DNA of 64,000 nucleotides, from contig JAVRCJ020000007.1 of assembly GCA_034530875.2 (NCBI GenBank), positions 216,827-280,826 on the forward strand, written 5' to 3'. The notes beneath the pieces are model-generated. The model was not told the DNA's origin, searched no databases, and saw nothing but the letters and a program-made list of their open reading frames with translations. Shown piece after piece: positions 30,405-40,244 of this stretch. How positions within the stretch are numbered: the stretch's first letter is position 1; every line of letters starts with the position of its first letter. Position numbers and translations under genes: made by a program. Source of the DNA: Nostoc sp. DedSLP01. GTDB lineage: Bacteria > Cyanobacteriota > Cyanobacteriia > Cyanobacteriales > Nostocaceae.

Positions 30405-30750
30405 ATACCACAACTTGAGACGGAGTTGCAGAGATTTAAATTAAATGTAAAGTTAATCTACAGTTGCGAAATAGACCTTGACATTGTACCCCTAACCAGC
30501 GATAAAGGTCAAGCGATGCAATTTCTGCACCAAAATGTCGAGATTTGCAACGGAACCAACAGTTGTCTGTGGTAATTAGTGATATTGCTTTATTTGCTGT
30601 AGGCAACCAAGAGGGAATCATTAATGGAGAATCCCAAAAGGGTTACTCCGATCGCACGATGAGTATCCCGCCGATCGCTGCTACCTCATAAAAGGTTTTT
30701 GTTGAGGTGGAATTCTTGCAAAATTAAATTATTATGGTCTGTTGAAATGA
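30405..30750 (+). pseudogene. spp: Decayed 3' half of a second sucrose-phosphate phosphatase gene
   Basis: Across frameshifts reads IPQLETELQRFKLNVKLIYSCEIDLDIVPLTSDKGQAMQFL...TVVCG...DIALFAVGNQEGII...EYPADRCYL...[13 protein letters not shown]; its TGA overlaps the ruvA ATG. Confidence 0.85.
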
Positions 30751-31388
30751 TTAGTTATCTAAAAGGTATAGTCGCAGGTATCCAAACAATAGGCGCTAAT
30801 CGCGTTATCCTAACTTTGGAAGTCAATGGTATGGGGTATGACTTGCAAGTTCCCCAACGTTTAGCGCAGCATTTACCCGATTCCGGAGGAGTGGCGCAAA
30901 TTTTTACCCATTTGCAAATTCGCGAAGAAGTGCCATTTTTATATGGCTTTGCTTCTCCAGCCGAACGCGATTTATTTCGCCACTTGCTAACGGTTAGCGG
31001 TATTGGTGCAGCCTTAGCGATCGCTCTATTAGACACTTTAGAACTACCAGACTTAGTTCAAGCCATTATCGCTGGCAATACCCAAATCTTAATTCAAGCC
31101 CCCGGTGTCGGCAAAAAAATTGCCGAACGCATCTGTTTAGAACTGAAAAGCAAATTGATTGAGTGGCGCAAGTCAGCCGGCTTTTTCGTCGCCACTGGCG
31201 GCCCGGCACCCGGAATCCTCGAAGAAGTCCAAATGACACTGTTTGCTTTAGGGTATACTGCTCATGAAGTCAGTCACGCCTTACATGTGGTCAGTGAAGA
31301 CATCGGACTCCCAAAAGATGCATACGTCGAGGATTGGATTAAACAAGCGATCGCTCATCTCAGTAGTAGCGAACAAGTTGGTTATTAG
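30747..31388 (+). CDS. ruvA: Holliday junction branch migration protein RuvA
   Basis: [47 protein letters not shown]. Confidence 0.96.
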   Translation: MISYLKGIVAGIQTIGANRVILTLEVNGMGYDLQVPQRLAQHLPDSGGVAQIFTHLQIREEVPFLYGFASPAERDLFRHLLTVSGIGAALAIALLDTLELPDLVQAIIAGNTQILIQAPGVGKKIAERICLELKSKLIEWRKSAGFFVATGGPAPGILEEVQMTLFALGYTAHEVSHALHVVSEDIGLPKDAYVEDWIKQAIAHLSSSEQVGY

Positions 31389-31480
31389 TCATTAGTCATT
31401 GGTCATTGGTCATTAGTTATTCCCCCACACCTCCCACACCCCCCACACCTCCCACACCTCCCACACCCCCCACACCCCCC
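31383..31480. repeat. Heptamer STRR (tcatt(a/g)g) followed by nonamer (c/t)cccacacc tandem repeats
   Basis: Directly visible between ruvA and bioF. Confidence 0.9.
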
Positions 31481-31483
31481 TCT

Positions 31484-32674
31484 ATGCCCCATGACCCTTA
31501 TGCTTGGATAGAAAAATCTCTGGCAACAATTCATCGGGCAGACTGGTATCGTTCAGTACAAAGTATTGAGGGACGGGCTGGTGCAACGGTGATTTTAGGC
31601 GGGCAAGAGGTGATTAATTTTGCCAGTAATGATTATTTGGGATTGGCTGGGGATGAACGTTTGATGGCAGCGGCGATCGCTGCTATTGAGGAATTTGGTA
31701 CTGGTAGTACTGGTTCTAGATTGCTCAGTGGGCATCGAGAATTACACAGGGAGTTAGAAAAGGCGATCGCATCTACCAAACAAACTGAAGATGCCTTAGT
31801 ATTTAGTTCCGGCTATCTAGCTAATTTGGGTACAATTACCGCCCTTGTAGGCAAACGAGACTTAATTTTATCTGACCAATACAATCATTCCAGTCTGAAA
31901 AATGGGGCGATTCTCAGCGGTGCAACAGTTTTAGAATATCCCCATTGTGATGTTGTAGCTCTCAAAACCCAGCTGAGTCAGCAACGACAAAATTACCGAC
32001 GCTGTTTGATTGTGACTGATAGCGTCTTCAGTATGGATGGAGATTTATGTCCAATGCCAGCACTGTTGGAGCTAGCTGATGAATTTGGCTGTATGCTGCT
32101 AGTTGATGAAGCTCATGCTACTGGCGTACTAGGAAAAACTGGTGCTGGGTGTGTCGAACATTTCGGATGTACGGGAAGACAATTAATTCAAATTGGCACC
32201 TTGAGTAAAGCTTTGGGTAGTTTAGGCGGGTATGTAGCAGGAAGTAACGCCTTAATTGACTTTTTGCGAAACCGCGCACCTAGTTGGATATACACCACTG
32301 GGCTTTCACCTGCTGATACAGCCGCAGCCTTAGCAGCGATCGAGATAGTGCAACAAGAACCGCAACGCCGCGTCCAATTGTGGGAAAATGTGCGTTACTT
32401 AAAAACTTTGCTCGAACAGCTACCCAACCTCAAATTACTGCCTTCAGAATCACCTATATTATGTTTTCAATTGCCTAATGCTACAGATGCACTCAAGGCT
32501 GGAAAGCGCCTCAAAGATGCTGGCATTTTTGCCCCAGCCATTCGTCCGCCTACAGTGCCCACAAGTCGCATCAGAATATCTGTGATGGCAACTCATAAAG
32601 CAGCGCATATTGAAAAATTGGTAGCAGTGGTAAAAGAATGGCATGGGGCATGGGGCATGGAGGCAGAGAATTAA
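31484..32674 (+). CDS. bioF: 8-amino-7-oxononanoate synthase
   Basis: [45 protein letters not shown]. Confidence 0.95.
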   Translation: MPHDPYAWIEKSLATIHRADWYRSVQSIEGRAGATVILGGQEVINFASNDYLGLAGDERLMAAAIAAIEEFGTGSTGSRLLSGHRELHRELEKAIASTKQTEDALVFSSGYLANLGTITALVGKRDLILSDQYNHSSLKNGAILSGATVLEYPHCDVVALKTQLSQQRQNYRRCLIVTDSVFSMDGDLCPMPALLELADEFGCMLLVDEAHATGVLGKTGAGCVEHFGCTGRQLIQIGTLSKALGSLGGYVAGSNALIDFLRNRAPSWIYTTGLSPADTAAALAAIEIVQQEPQRRVQLWENVRYLKTLLEQLPNLKLLPSESPILCFQLPNATDALKAGKRLKDAGIFAPAIRPPTVPTSRIRISVMATHKAAHIEKLVAVVKEWHGAWGMEAEN

Positions 32675-32878
32675 AGTTCAAGGTTTCATTCACGAATATC
32701 AAATACTCGTCGGCGAGTATCAAAGACTCGTTCGCGAATATCAAAGACTCGTCGGCGAGTATCAAAGACTCGTTCGCGAGTAAAAAAGACTGAACCCCTA
32801 TTCCCCATGCCCTATTCCCGATGCCCCATGCCCCATGCCCCATGCCCAATGCCCAATGCCCAATGCCCCATATCCAAT
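32640..32878. repeat. Composite repeat: ggcatgg heptamers, five 21-nt units, inverted ccccatg/cccaatg heptamers
   Basis: 21-nt unit cga(a/g)tatcaaagactcgt(tcg/cgg) at ~32692-32790. Confidence 0.88.
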
Positions 32879-32890
32879 GTTCACTTCCTT

Positions 32891-33370
32891 CTAAAAAACT
32901 GGCAATTGGTTAAACAAGACCCAATAAAAACCAAGTTGTTGGACTGTTTGAAAAAATTGTTCAAAATCGACCGGTTTGACGATGTAGCTATTCACCCCAA
33001 GCTGGTAACTCTCAATTAAGTCTCGTTCTTCGGCGGAAGAGGTCAGCATGACAACGGGAATTATTTGTGTGCGGGAATCGGACTTGAGTTGCCGTAAAAC
33101 TTCTAATCCGCTGACCTTTGGTAGTTTCAAATCCAGCAAGATTACTTTGGGCTGATTTGTCATGGTGCGGTGGGCATAGTCTCCCTGACAAAAAATAAAA
33201 TCTAGGGCTGCTGCTCCGTCCTCAAGGACTTGAATTTTATTGGCAATTCTGCTGCGGCGTAATGCCCGAATAGTTAGTTCGGCATCAGCCGAATTATCTT
33301 CGACTAAAAGTATGGCAATTGGTTCTTCGGAAGATGGATCGGTGGTTCGATCGCTTAGTTGGTCAATCAT
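32891..33370 (-). CDS. Single-domain response regulator (Rcp1-like)
   Basis: ILLVEDN, ILLDLKLPKVSG, MLTSS, NSYIVKP. Confidence 0.93.
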   Translation of the reverse strand: MIDQLSDRTTDPSSEEPIAILLVEDNSADAELTIRALRRSRIANKIQVLEDGAAALDFIFCQGDYAHRTMTNQPKVILLDLKLPKVSGLEVLRQLKSDSRTQIIPVVMLTSSAEERDLIESYQLGVNSYIVKPVDFEQFFQTVQQLGFYWVLFNQLPVF

Positions 33371-33454
33371 ATCAAGTCCGGTTAATCACTTATGATTAAT
33401 GCATCTTTGAAAAAACCGCAAAAGCCTTTTTTATCCTGCCTCCTGCCTCCTGCC

Positions 33455-36400
33455 TTAGTTATTGGGAATAGTGAAGTAAAAAGTCGCACCTCGATCGCTT
33501 GCTGCTTCTGCCCAGATGCGCCCACCGTGGCGTTGAATAATCCGCTGCACGATCGCCAGTCCGATCCCCGTACCTTCAAATTCGTCTTCTCGATGCAGAC
33601 GTTGGAAAACTCCAAACAGATTATCGGCATACCGCATATCAAATCCTGCACCATTATCTCTGATAAAGTACGCTCCTTCACTATTGATCGCCTGATAGCC
33701 CACTTCAATGCGGGCATGGGGTTTGTAGCGGGTATACTTGATGGCATTGGATAACAGGTTAATCCAAACTTGTTTGAGTAATGAAGGGTCAGCTTGACAT
33801 ACAGGTAAATTGGCGATCGCAAATTCAATCTCACGACCAGACCGATCCGGGGCTAAATCATTGAGCGCCATTTTCACAATCTCATTGGGAAAAACGGTCT
33901 GCCGCGACATTTCCTTACGATCCAAACGGGATAAGGTCAACAAATCATCGATCAGCTCGCCCATGCGTTTGGCATTATCGCGGATAACTTTCAAGTAACG
34001 ATTGGCTTCCGTATCGAGAAGGTGGCCGTAATCTTCCTGCATGATTCTTGAAAAGCCATCGATCGCCCGCAGCGGTGCCCGCAAATCATGGGAAACTGAA
34101 TAGGAAAAGGATTCTAATGCTTTGTTAGCAGTTTCTAGTTCGGCTGTTCGTTGTTTGACCCTGATTTCCAAAGACTGATTGAGTTGATGCAGGGCTTCGA
34201 TCGCTCTCTTGCGCTCTAATTCTGCTGCTGCCCGGGCTGCAAATACGTCTAAAATGATCTCTGTTCGGCGTCGATCTGACAGCGGTCGCGTGTCGAGAAT
34301 GCAAAGATTGCCAATGGGATCGCCGCTGGCATTTTTTAAAGAAATACCGAGATAACTTTCTGCTTGCATTGCCACCAAGTCTAAGTCTTCAGGGAAAGTT
34401 TGCTGAACATTGCTCTCGCAGTAAAACAATCCTTCTCTCAAGGCAAATTCGCATGGTGTACGCGCCGGAAAGTAGAATATTTGTGGTTGCAATGCCCCAT
34501 GCGCCCAAAAAGCTAGAGCTTTCAATTTCCCTTCTACTAGTTCGGTGACAAGGGCATAGGGGACGTGCAAGGCTTCGGCAATATGATGAACCAAAGCTGG
34601 GAAAAAATCTTGTCCTGTAACCGCAGCCGTTCCCATAACCAAATTTTGCAGCGTTGTTTCTGCTGTTTTTAGTTCTGCTTCTCGGTGTTTGGCCTCAGTG
34701 ATATCCCGAAGGATGGTAGAAAAATATTCCACATTGCCATCTGGTGCCTTGTGAGCAACGATCAATTGGGAAACTGGAATTTCTCTGCCATCGCTGCTTA
34801 ACAAAGCATTTTCACCAACCCAAATACCATCTCGAATTGCTGTTGGAATGCCTTGGTTTTGAACGATATCTAGCGCCCACTGGGGATGGTAGTTAGCGAT
34901 TCTCAAAGTGGAAAGGTCTGCATCTAAGGACAGACCAAGGAGTTTGCGACACTGAGCATTGTTCCAGAGGATATTGCCTTGGGAGTCTGCCATCCCAACA
35001 TAGTCAGTGGTGGCTTGTAGCATAGCAATTAAGCGATCGCGGTCTTTTTGTGCCTGTTGGCGTTCGGCAATTTCAGCCCGCAAAGATTCATTGAGCTGTG
35101 TTTGTTGCTTTAACAAACGGGCATTATCAATGGAAATAGCTGCCTGAGTAGAAAGTAGGCAAAGAATTTCAATTCGCTCTGGGGTAAATGCTTTAGTGCT
35201 GAGATTGTTTTCTAAAAGCACAATTGCTGTGAGTTTTCCCTGATTCAACAAGGGGGTACAAAGAAGTGATTTCGATTGACGCCGCACAATCCAGGGTTCG
35301 GACTGAAAGTTGCCTTCAGCAGCAGCATTATCCAAGACTACACTTTCCTGGGTGCGAACCACGTAATTGATGAGGGCGTTTGGTAAATCACAATTGCTGT
35401 CTTTTAATATCGATTCTTGGGGAACTGATTCTAAAATGGCTTGCCGATTGTCAATCGACTTCATCGCCTCAATCCGCCATTGGTCTTGTGTTGGCAAAAT
35501 TAGATAGCCTGTTTGCGCCCCAGCATTTTCAATTAAAATGTTCATTAATTTTGCCAGGAGTTTATCTAAGACAATTTCACTGGCCATCGCCTGGGAGGCT
35601 TTCAACACCGTCTCTAGGTCGAGCGTTTCTAACTTCCTGGAAGCCAATTGTATTGTGTCCAGTTGAGGTATTTCAGTTTTGAGAGACGGCACCTCTAAAA
35701 GCTGGGGATAGTGTTTTTCTAAATTTTGGACTTTAGCAGTTGCTCCCCACCGCAGGTAGCCGTACCTCGCTTCTTGGAAATAAGCTTTGGCAATCGTAAT
35801 GCGGTTGTTTGCCAGATGGAATTTTGCCGCTAGTTCGTTAGCCAAAGCTTCTTCTTGCAGGTATCGATTTTCCCTCGCTAAGGCAATGGCGCGATCGTAG
35901 GCGTCCATTGCTGCCACTACCTCACCCAATACCCGATACCGTTCTGCCTCTACTAAATACCACTTGTGTAGATAGTTCATTGGCGCATGGTGCGCCCAAA
36001 GTTGCATTTTTGCCTGATTTTCTGCTACCTTTTCCAGCAATTGAGATTGTTTGCTGACCTCTGTATCGGAATATATTGCCAGTCGGCATAGAGAATCGTA
36101 GAAATTAAAGATGGCAACAAAAGCTGCCCCGGTCATGGCTGGTAAATATTCTTGGGCGAGTAAGGCATTGGCAATTGCCCGATCTGCATCGCCAAACAAA
36201 TAACAGAGAAATAATTTATTGAGGTAGAAATAGAACAAACCCGCGTGAAAATTGGTTTGTTGCATCTGGGATAGTTGATTTGCTTCATCGTAAGCTTTAC
36301 CCGATAACATCCCTGGATCGGCTACTTCCTCAACCAAGTTCAAAACAGTCTGCCAGGAAATATCTATGAAATCAATGGCAGCCGAATGCTTGATTTGTTT

Positions 36401-39400
36401 GACTGCTTGAGCGTAATTAATTAAATGTAGTTGGAGTTCAGTCAGAGGTTGACCGCTGGCCAATGAATAAGCACAAAAATACATAGCTGCATAGCCAGCA
36501 AACTCTAAATCCCCTTGTTCTAAACCAATTTGATAGCAGTTCTGGAGTGGCTTGAGGCTTTCTTTGAGGTATGTATTCCAAACGTTAATCTGGTTGCTAA
36601 CCGCAAATAAGGTTCTAGCTTGGATGGGTTTGGCATCTGGGCGATCGAGCAGAATTAAAGCCAGTTGACCAAATTGATACCCGGCTTCAATGTCAAAAAC
36701 AACTCCACAGAGAATAATTCCATAGGCGGCATAAGCAAAGGGAGCCAACGTCATGTTTCCGTACTCAACGAGCAAATCCACCATCTTGAGTACAATTAGC
36801 AAAAATAAAGAAGGTACTGCTAAATAAGCCGAGGCACACATTCTTGCTAAAACCTGCATTGCCGCCAGGATCTCTGGCTGGGACATCATTGGCAAATTAA
36901 CCAAATCTTCAATACGTCTGTTTGCCAGTTTGCAGGCAGTTTGTGCAAGTGCTTCTCGAACATCTTCACTGCTTGGCTCAATGGGGAGGTGAATTCCTAA
37001 TTCTTCAAGCAACTCTAAAGCAATTTGAATCGCCTCTAGTAATTTATTTTCAGCCACATAAGTCTGAATTTTGACATCGTAGACTTTTAAGCTAGCTAGT
37101 AGGGTTGTGGCGCGATCGAGTACCTCTTGGAATAGTGGCTCTACTTGCTCGAAATTACCGCTGAGATAGGCTGCTTCTGTTGCTGCATTATACAAATCCA
37201 AAGTGAAATCGTAATTCGTTTGCCAGCTATTAGTTGCTAGGAGATCCAAACCAATTTGTAAATATCGCCAAGCAGCGTCATAGGCGGCTGATGCCTTGGC
37301 TTTTTCTCCTGCCATCAGGTTTAACCGAGACAAACGATCGCGATCTAACTGAGTTGTGGCGGCTTTGATGCCGAGGTTTAGCTGGTTGGTGATATCAAAA
37401 ATTTTCGATTCTAACTGTTGTGCGGGAGTTATTTGCAACAAGCACTGTCCCAGTCGCCAATGGATGTCGCTTTGTTGGCTTGGGGGAATTAGGGAATAGG
37501 CAGCTTGCTGGATGCGATCGTGGGCAAATTTGTATTCTATTGGCGGCAAATCAGCTGTGAGTGGCACGTCCAAGACTAGGGATTTGTGGGCGTTACTCGT
37601 GGGTATAATCAACCCTTGGGCGATCGCAACTCCTAAAGCTCGGGCCGCTTCTTGCTGTTCGATTTGGGCGGTACATGCTAGCGTTTGGAGATCGAAACAG
37701 TTGCCAATGCAGGCAGCTAGCTGTAAAACTTGCTGTGTCTGTTTGTTAAGCTTTTGAATTTTTACAGCCATCAAATGTACGACATTATCTGTAATTTGCC
37801 GCTGCTGAATTTGCTCTATCGACCATTGCCATTTGTTAGTTTGGCGATCGAATTCTAATAAACCTTCACTAGACAAAGATTTTAAAAATTCATTCATGAA
37901 AAACGGATTGCCGCCAGTTTTGAGCTTTACTAGTTCTGCTAATGACAGAGAATCTGACAGGTGGCAGTGCAATGTATCGGCGATTAACTGATTGATGTCA
38001 GGTAAGCTTAAGGGAGAGAGAAAAAGTTGATTTATCGCTCCTCCACTCTCGCGGATTTCCTTTACCATCTGCATCAAGGGATGCGTTGGATTTACCTCAT
38101 TATCTCGATATGCCCCGATTAACAACAAAGACTCCACTGTGGTGGCGGTAGCTAGCAATTGAATCAGCTTTAAGGAGGCATTATCTACCCACTGAAGATC
38201 GTCCAAAAAAACTACCAGGGGGTGTTCTGGCTGAGTAAAGACGCCAATGAAATTTTGGAAAACTTGGTGAAACCGATTTTGGGCTTCTGTTGGCGGTAGA
38301 ATAGGTACATCTGGTTGGTTGCCGACAATCAACTCCAATGCCGGAATTACCTGAGTAATGACTTTACCGTTTCCACCAAGGGCAGCCAAAAGATGCTTGC
38401 GCCACACAGATAATTGCACTTCGTCTTCAGTCAGCAATTGTTCGATCAGCGAGTCAAAAGCTTGGGCGATCGCAAAATAAGGGATATTGCGCTGATACTG
38501 GTCAAATTTACCCGCAATAAAATAGCCTCGTTGTTGCGTAATCGGTCGATAAATTTCCTGCACCAAAACTGATTTTCCAATACCGGAATACCCTGCAATC
38601 AGCATCAGTTCAGCTTGGCGGGAAGACGCGTCTTTATTTCCTTTACCTGCTACTCTTTGAAATCCTGCTAATAATGTCTTTACCTCCCTTTCTCTGCCAT
38701 AGAGTTTTTCCGAGATTTGAAATTTATCAGAAATATCCTGTTGTCCTAGTAAAAAAGTCTCAATTTTTCCTGTGCTTTCTAGCTGGTTGAGGCACTTTTC
38801 TAGATCGGTTTTAATTCCCCAAGCACTTTGATATCGTTCCTCTGCGGTTTTAGCTAACAGTTTCATAACAATTTCTGAAACCATTACAGGAACTCGCAGA
38901 TCGATTAAATGAGGTGCAACAGGTTCTAAAGCCAGGTGATAATGAATTAACTCCAGGGCATCGTTGGATTCAAAGGGCAATCGATTCGTCAACAGTTGAT
39001 AGAAGGTAGCACCTAGACAATAAAAATCAGTGCGATAGTCCAGAGAACGATTCATTCTACCTGTTTGCTCTGGAGATATGTAAGCTAGCGTTCCCTCTAA
39101 TACTTTCGGACTTTTAATAGTTAACGTCTCGCGGGATAAGTCGGTTGAAATTCCAAAGTCAATAATTTTGAGTTGTTGTGTTTCAGGATTAAAAACAATA
39201 TTGGATGGATTAATATCTTTATGAATAATATTTGCACTATGAATTTCACTTAAACTTTGAGTTATTTGAATCGCTAACTTCAGAAACTCTGTTAATGTAA
39301 ATCTTCTGGTCGTAATGATTTTTGTTAAAGATTCTCCGCCAAAATCTTCCAAAAGCAATACAAAAGTATTTTGATATTGTTGGAAACTATAAGCTTGGAT

Positions 39401-39598
39401 CGTGCCTGCTAATGATAAGCTACGTGTAATTTCATATTCGAGCTTATAGCGGGTGATTTCTTCCGGGGTGGGGTACTCTTTTTTTAAAACTTTGAAGATT
39501 ACAGGCAAACCATCAGGTTCGTGAATTCCTCTATAAACCCGTGAATTAACGCTTTCATGGATTTTCGTCCGAATTTGATATTCAGGAATTTCCAGCAT
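33455..39598 (-). CDS. Multidomain kinase: Ser/Thr kinase - AAA/P-loop ATPase - GAF - PAS - GAF - HisKA - HATPase
   Basis: HKDINPSN/DFG/GTLAYISPEQTGR, AGYSGIGKS, FLDDLQW, SVSHDLRAPL, NLLSNAIKY, DNGAG, GTGIGL. Confidence 0.93.
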   Translation of the reverse strand: MLEIPEYQIRTKIHESVNSRVYRGIHEPDGLPVIFKVLKKEYPTPEEITRYKLEYEITRSLSLAGTIQAYSFQQYQNTFVLLLEDFGGESLTKIITTRRFTLTEFLKLAIQITQSLSEIHSANIIHKDINPSNIVFNPETQQLKIIDFGISTDLSRETLTIKSPKVLEGTLAYISPEQTGRMNRSLDYRTDFYCLGATFYQLLTNRLPFESNDALELIHYHLALEPVAPHLIDLRVPVMVSEIVMKLLAKTAEERYQSAWGIKTDLEKCLNQLESTGKIETFLLGQQDISDKFQISEKLYGREREVKTLLAGFQRVAGKGNKDASSRQAELMLIAGYSGIGKSVLVQEIYRPITQQRGYFIAGKFDQYQRNIPYFAIAQAFDSLIEQLLTEDEVQLSVWRKHLLAALGGNGKVITQVIPALELIVGNQPDVPILPPTEAQNRFHQVFQNFIGVFTQPEHPLVVFLDDLQWVDNASLKLIQLLATATTVESLLLIGAYRDNEVNPTHPLMQMVKEIRESGGAINQLFLSPLSLPDINQLIADTLHCHLSDSLSLAELVKLKTGGNPFFMNEFLKSLSSEGLLEFDRQTNKWQWSIEQIQQRQITDNVVHLMAVKIQKLNKQTQQVLQLAACIGNCFDLQTLACTAQIEQQEAARALGVAIAQGLIIPTSNAHKSLVLDVPLTADLPPIEYKFAHDRIQQAAYSLIPPSQQSDIHWRLGQCLLQITPAQQLESKIFDITNQLNLGIKAATTQLDRDRLSRLNLMAGEKAKASAAYDAAWRYLQIGLDLLATNSWQTNYDFTLDLYNAATEAAYLSGNFEQVEPLFQEVLDRATTLLASLKVYDVKIQTYVAENKLLEAIQIALELLEELGIHLPIEPSSEDVREALAQTACKLANRRIEDLVNLPMMSQPEILAAMQVLARMCASAYLAVPSLFLLIVLKMVDLLVEYGNMTLAPFAYAAYGIILCGVVFDIEAGYQFGQLALILLDRPDAKPIQARTLFAVSNQINVWNTYLKESLKPLQNCYQIGLEQGDLEFAGYAAMYFCAYSLASGQPLTELQLHLINYAQAVKQIKHSAAIDFIDISWQTVLNLVEEVADPGMLSGKAYDEANQLSQMQQTNFHAGLFYFYLNKLFLCYLFGDADRAIANALLAQEYLPAMTGAAFVAIFNFYDSLCRLAIYSDTEVSKQSQLLEKVAENQAKMQLWAHHAPMNYLHKWYLVEAERYRVLGEVVAAMDAYDRAIALARENRYLQEEALANELAAKFHLANNRITIAKAYFQEARYGYLRWGATAKVQNLEKHYPQLLEVPSLKTEIPQLDTIQLASRKLETLDLETVLKASQAMASEIVLDKLLAKLMNILIENAGAQTGYLILPTQDQWRIEAMKSIDNRQAILESVPQESILKDSNCDLPNALINYVVRTQESVVLDNAAAEGNFQSEPWIVRRQSKSLLCTPLLNQGKLTAIVLLENNLSTKAFTPERIEILCLLSTQAAISIDNARLLKQQTQLNESLRAEIAERQQAQKDRDRLIAMLQATTDYVGMADSQGNILWNNAQCRKLLGLSLDADLSTLRIANYHPQWALDIVQNQGIPTAIRDGIWVGENALLSSDGREIPVSQLIVAHKAPDGNVEYFSTILRDITEAKHREAELKTAETTLQNLVMGTAAVTGQDFFPALVHHIAEALHVPYALVTELVEGKLKALAFWAHGALQPQIFYFPARTPCEFALREGLFYCESNVQQTFPEDLDLVAMQAESYLGISLKNASGDPIGNLCILDTRPLSDRRRTEIILDVFAARAAAELERKRAIEALHQLNQSLEIRVKQRTAELETANKALESFSYSVSHDLRAPLRAIDGFSRIMQEDYGHLLDTEANRYLKVIRDNAKRMGELIDDLLTLSRLDRKEMSRQTVFPNEIVKMALNDLAPDRSGREIEFAIANLPVCQADPSLLKQVWINLLSNAIKYTRYKPHARIEVGYQAINSEGAYFIRDNGAGFDMRYADNLFGVFQRLHREDEFEGTGIGLAIVQRIIQRHGGRIWAEAASDRGATFYFTIPNN

Positions 39599-39985
39599 AG
39601 TTCAACTGCCTGCAATTAGTAGACAAAAAGCACAAAGCCGGGTTGACCGAATTTTAAATTTTACGCAAAGTCAAAAGCTACAGCTTCATGAAGGCGTAAC
39701 TTTACAAGACAAATTTGGAATTTTTTATTAAATAATTCTCTATCCAATATTTAAAACTGGTTTGAGATTAAGTGAATAGAAAGGCAAGAACAAATGTCAA
39801 ATTTTAAATGTAACATTCTGTACTCACAGCCACCGCCTTGAGACCTTGAGTCAATCTAAAATTCAAAATTGATTGAGTAATAAAGCCGATTATACAATAG
39901 ACCTGCCTTGAAAATAGGGACTGGGGATTGGGGACTGGTGACTAGGAAAGACATATTTTCATTCCTTCGTTGTGAATTGTATTCA

Positions 39986-40136
39986 TGGAGTCTCTTGCAA
40001 AACTATTTTTACAAGCAAAGAGAAAAGCGGAAAGGTTAAAAGGAAAAGTAAAGATTTTCCTTTCCCTTTTCCCCTTTGCCCTTTTTCCTTCCAGAAGTTG
40101 CACTTTGCCTTTTTCCTCACTTCTGCAAGAAGTCTA
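39986..40136. mobile_element. MITE-like element with internal purine/pyrimidine heptamer-like inverted tracts
   Basis: ggagtctcttgcaaaact ... acttctgcaagaagtcta imperfect TIRs. Confidence 0.55.
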
Positions 40137-40244
40137 ATAGCCAAATCCCCGATTAACCCATTTTTCAATACTGGAGGCATTTTCAAAAAATTGGCATGAA
40201 AAGATTACCAGATTGGTCAATGGTTACCAAGGAGATTCTAGGGT

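Noticed and set aside
31406..31483. Pro/Thr-rich N-terminal extension of BioF
   Set aside because: It comes from a non-coding-type nonamer repeat that happens to be in frame; ATG 31484 fits better.
32571..33019. 92-aa and 70-aa ORFs
   Set aside because: They arise from heptamer and 21-mer repeats and overlap real genes.
39972..40199. Two overlapping small ORFs
   Set aside because: They lie on a MITE-like low-complexity element.
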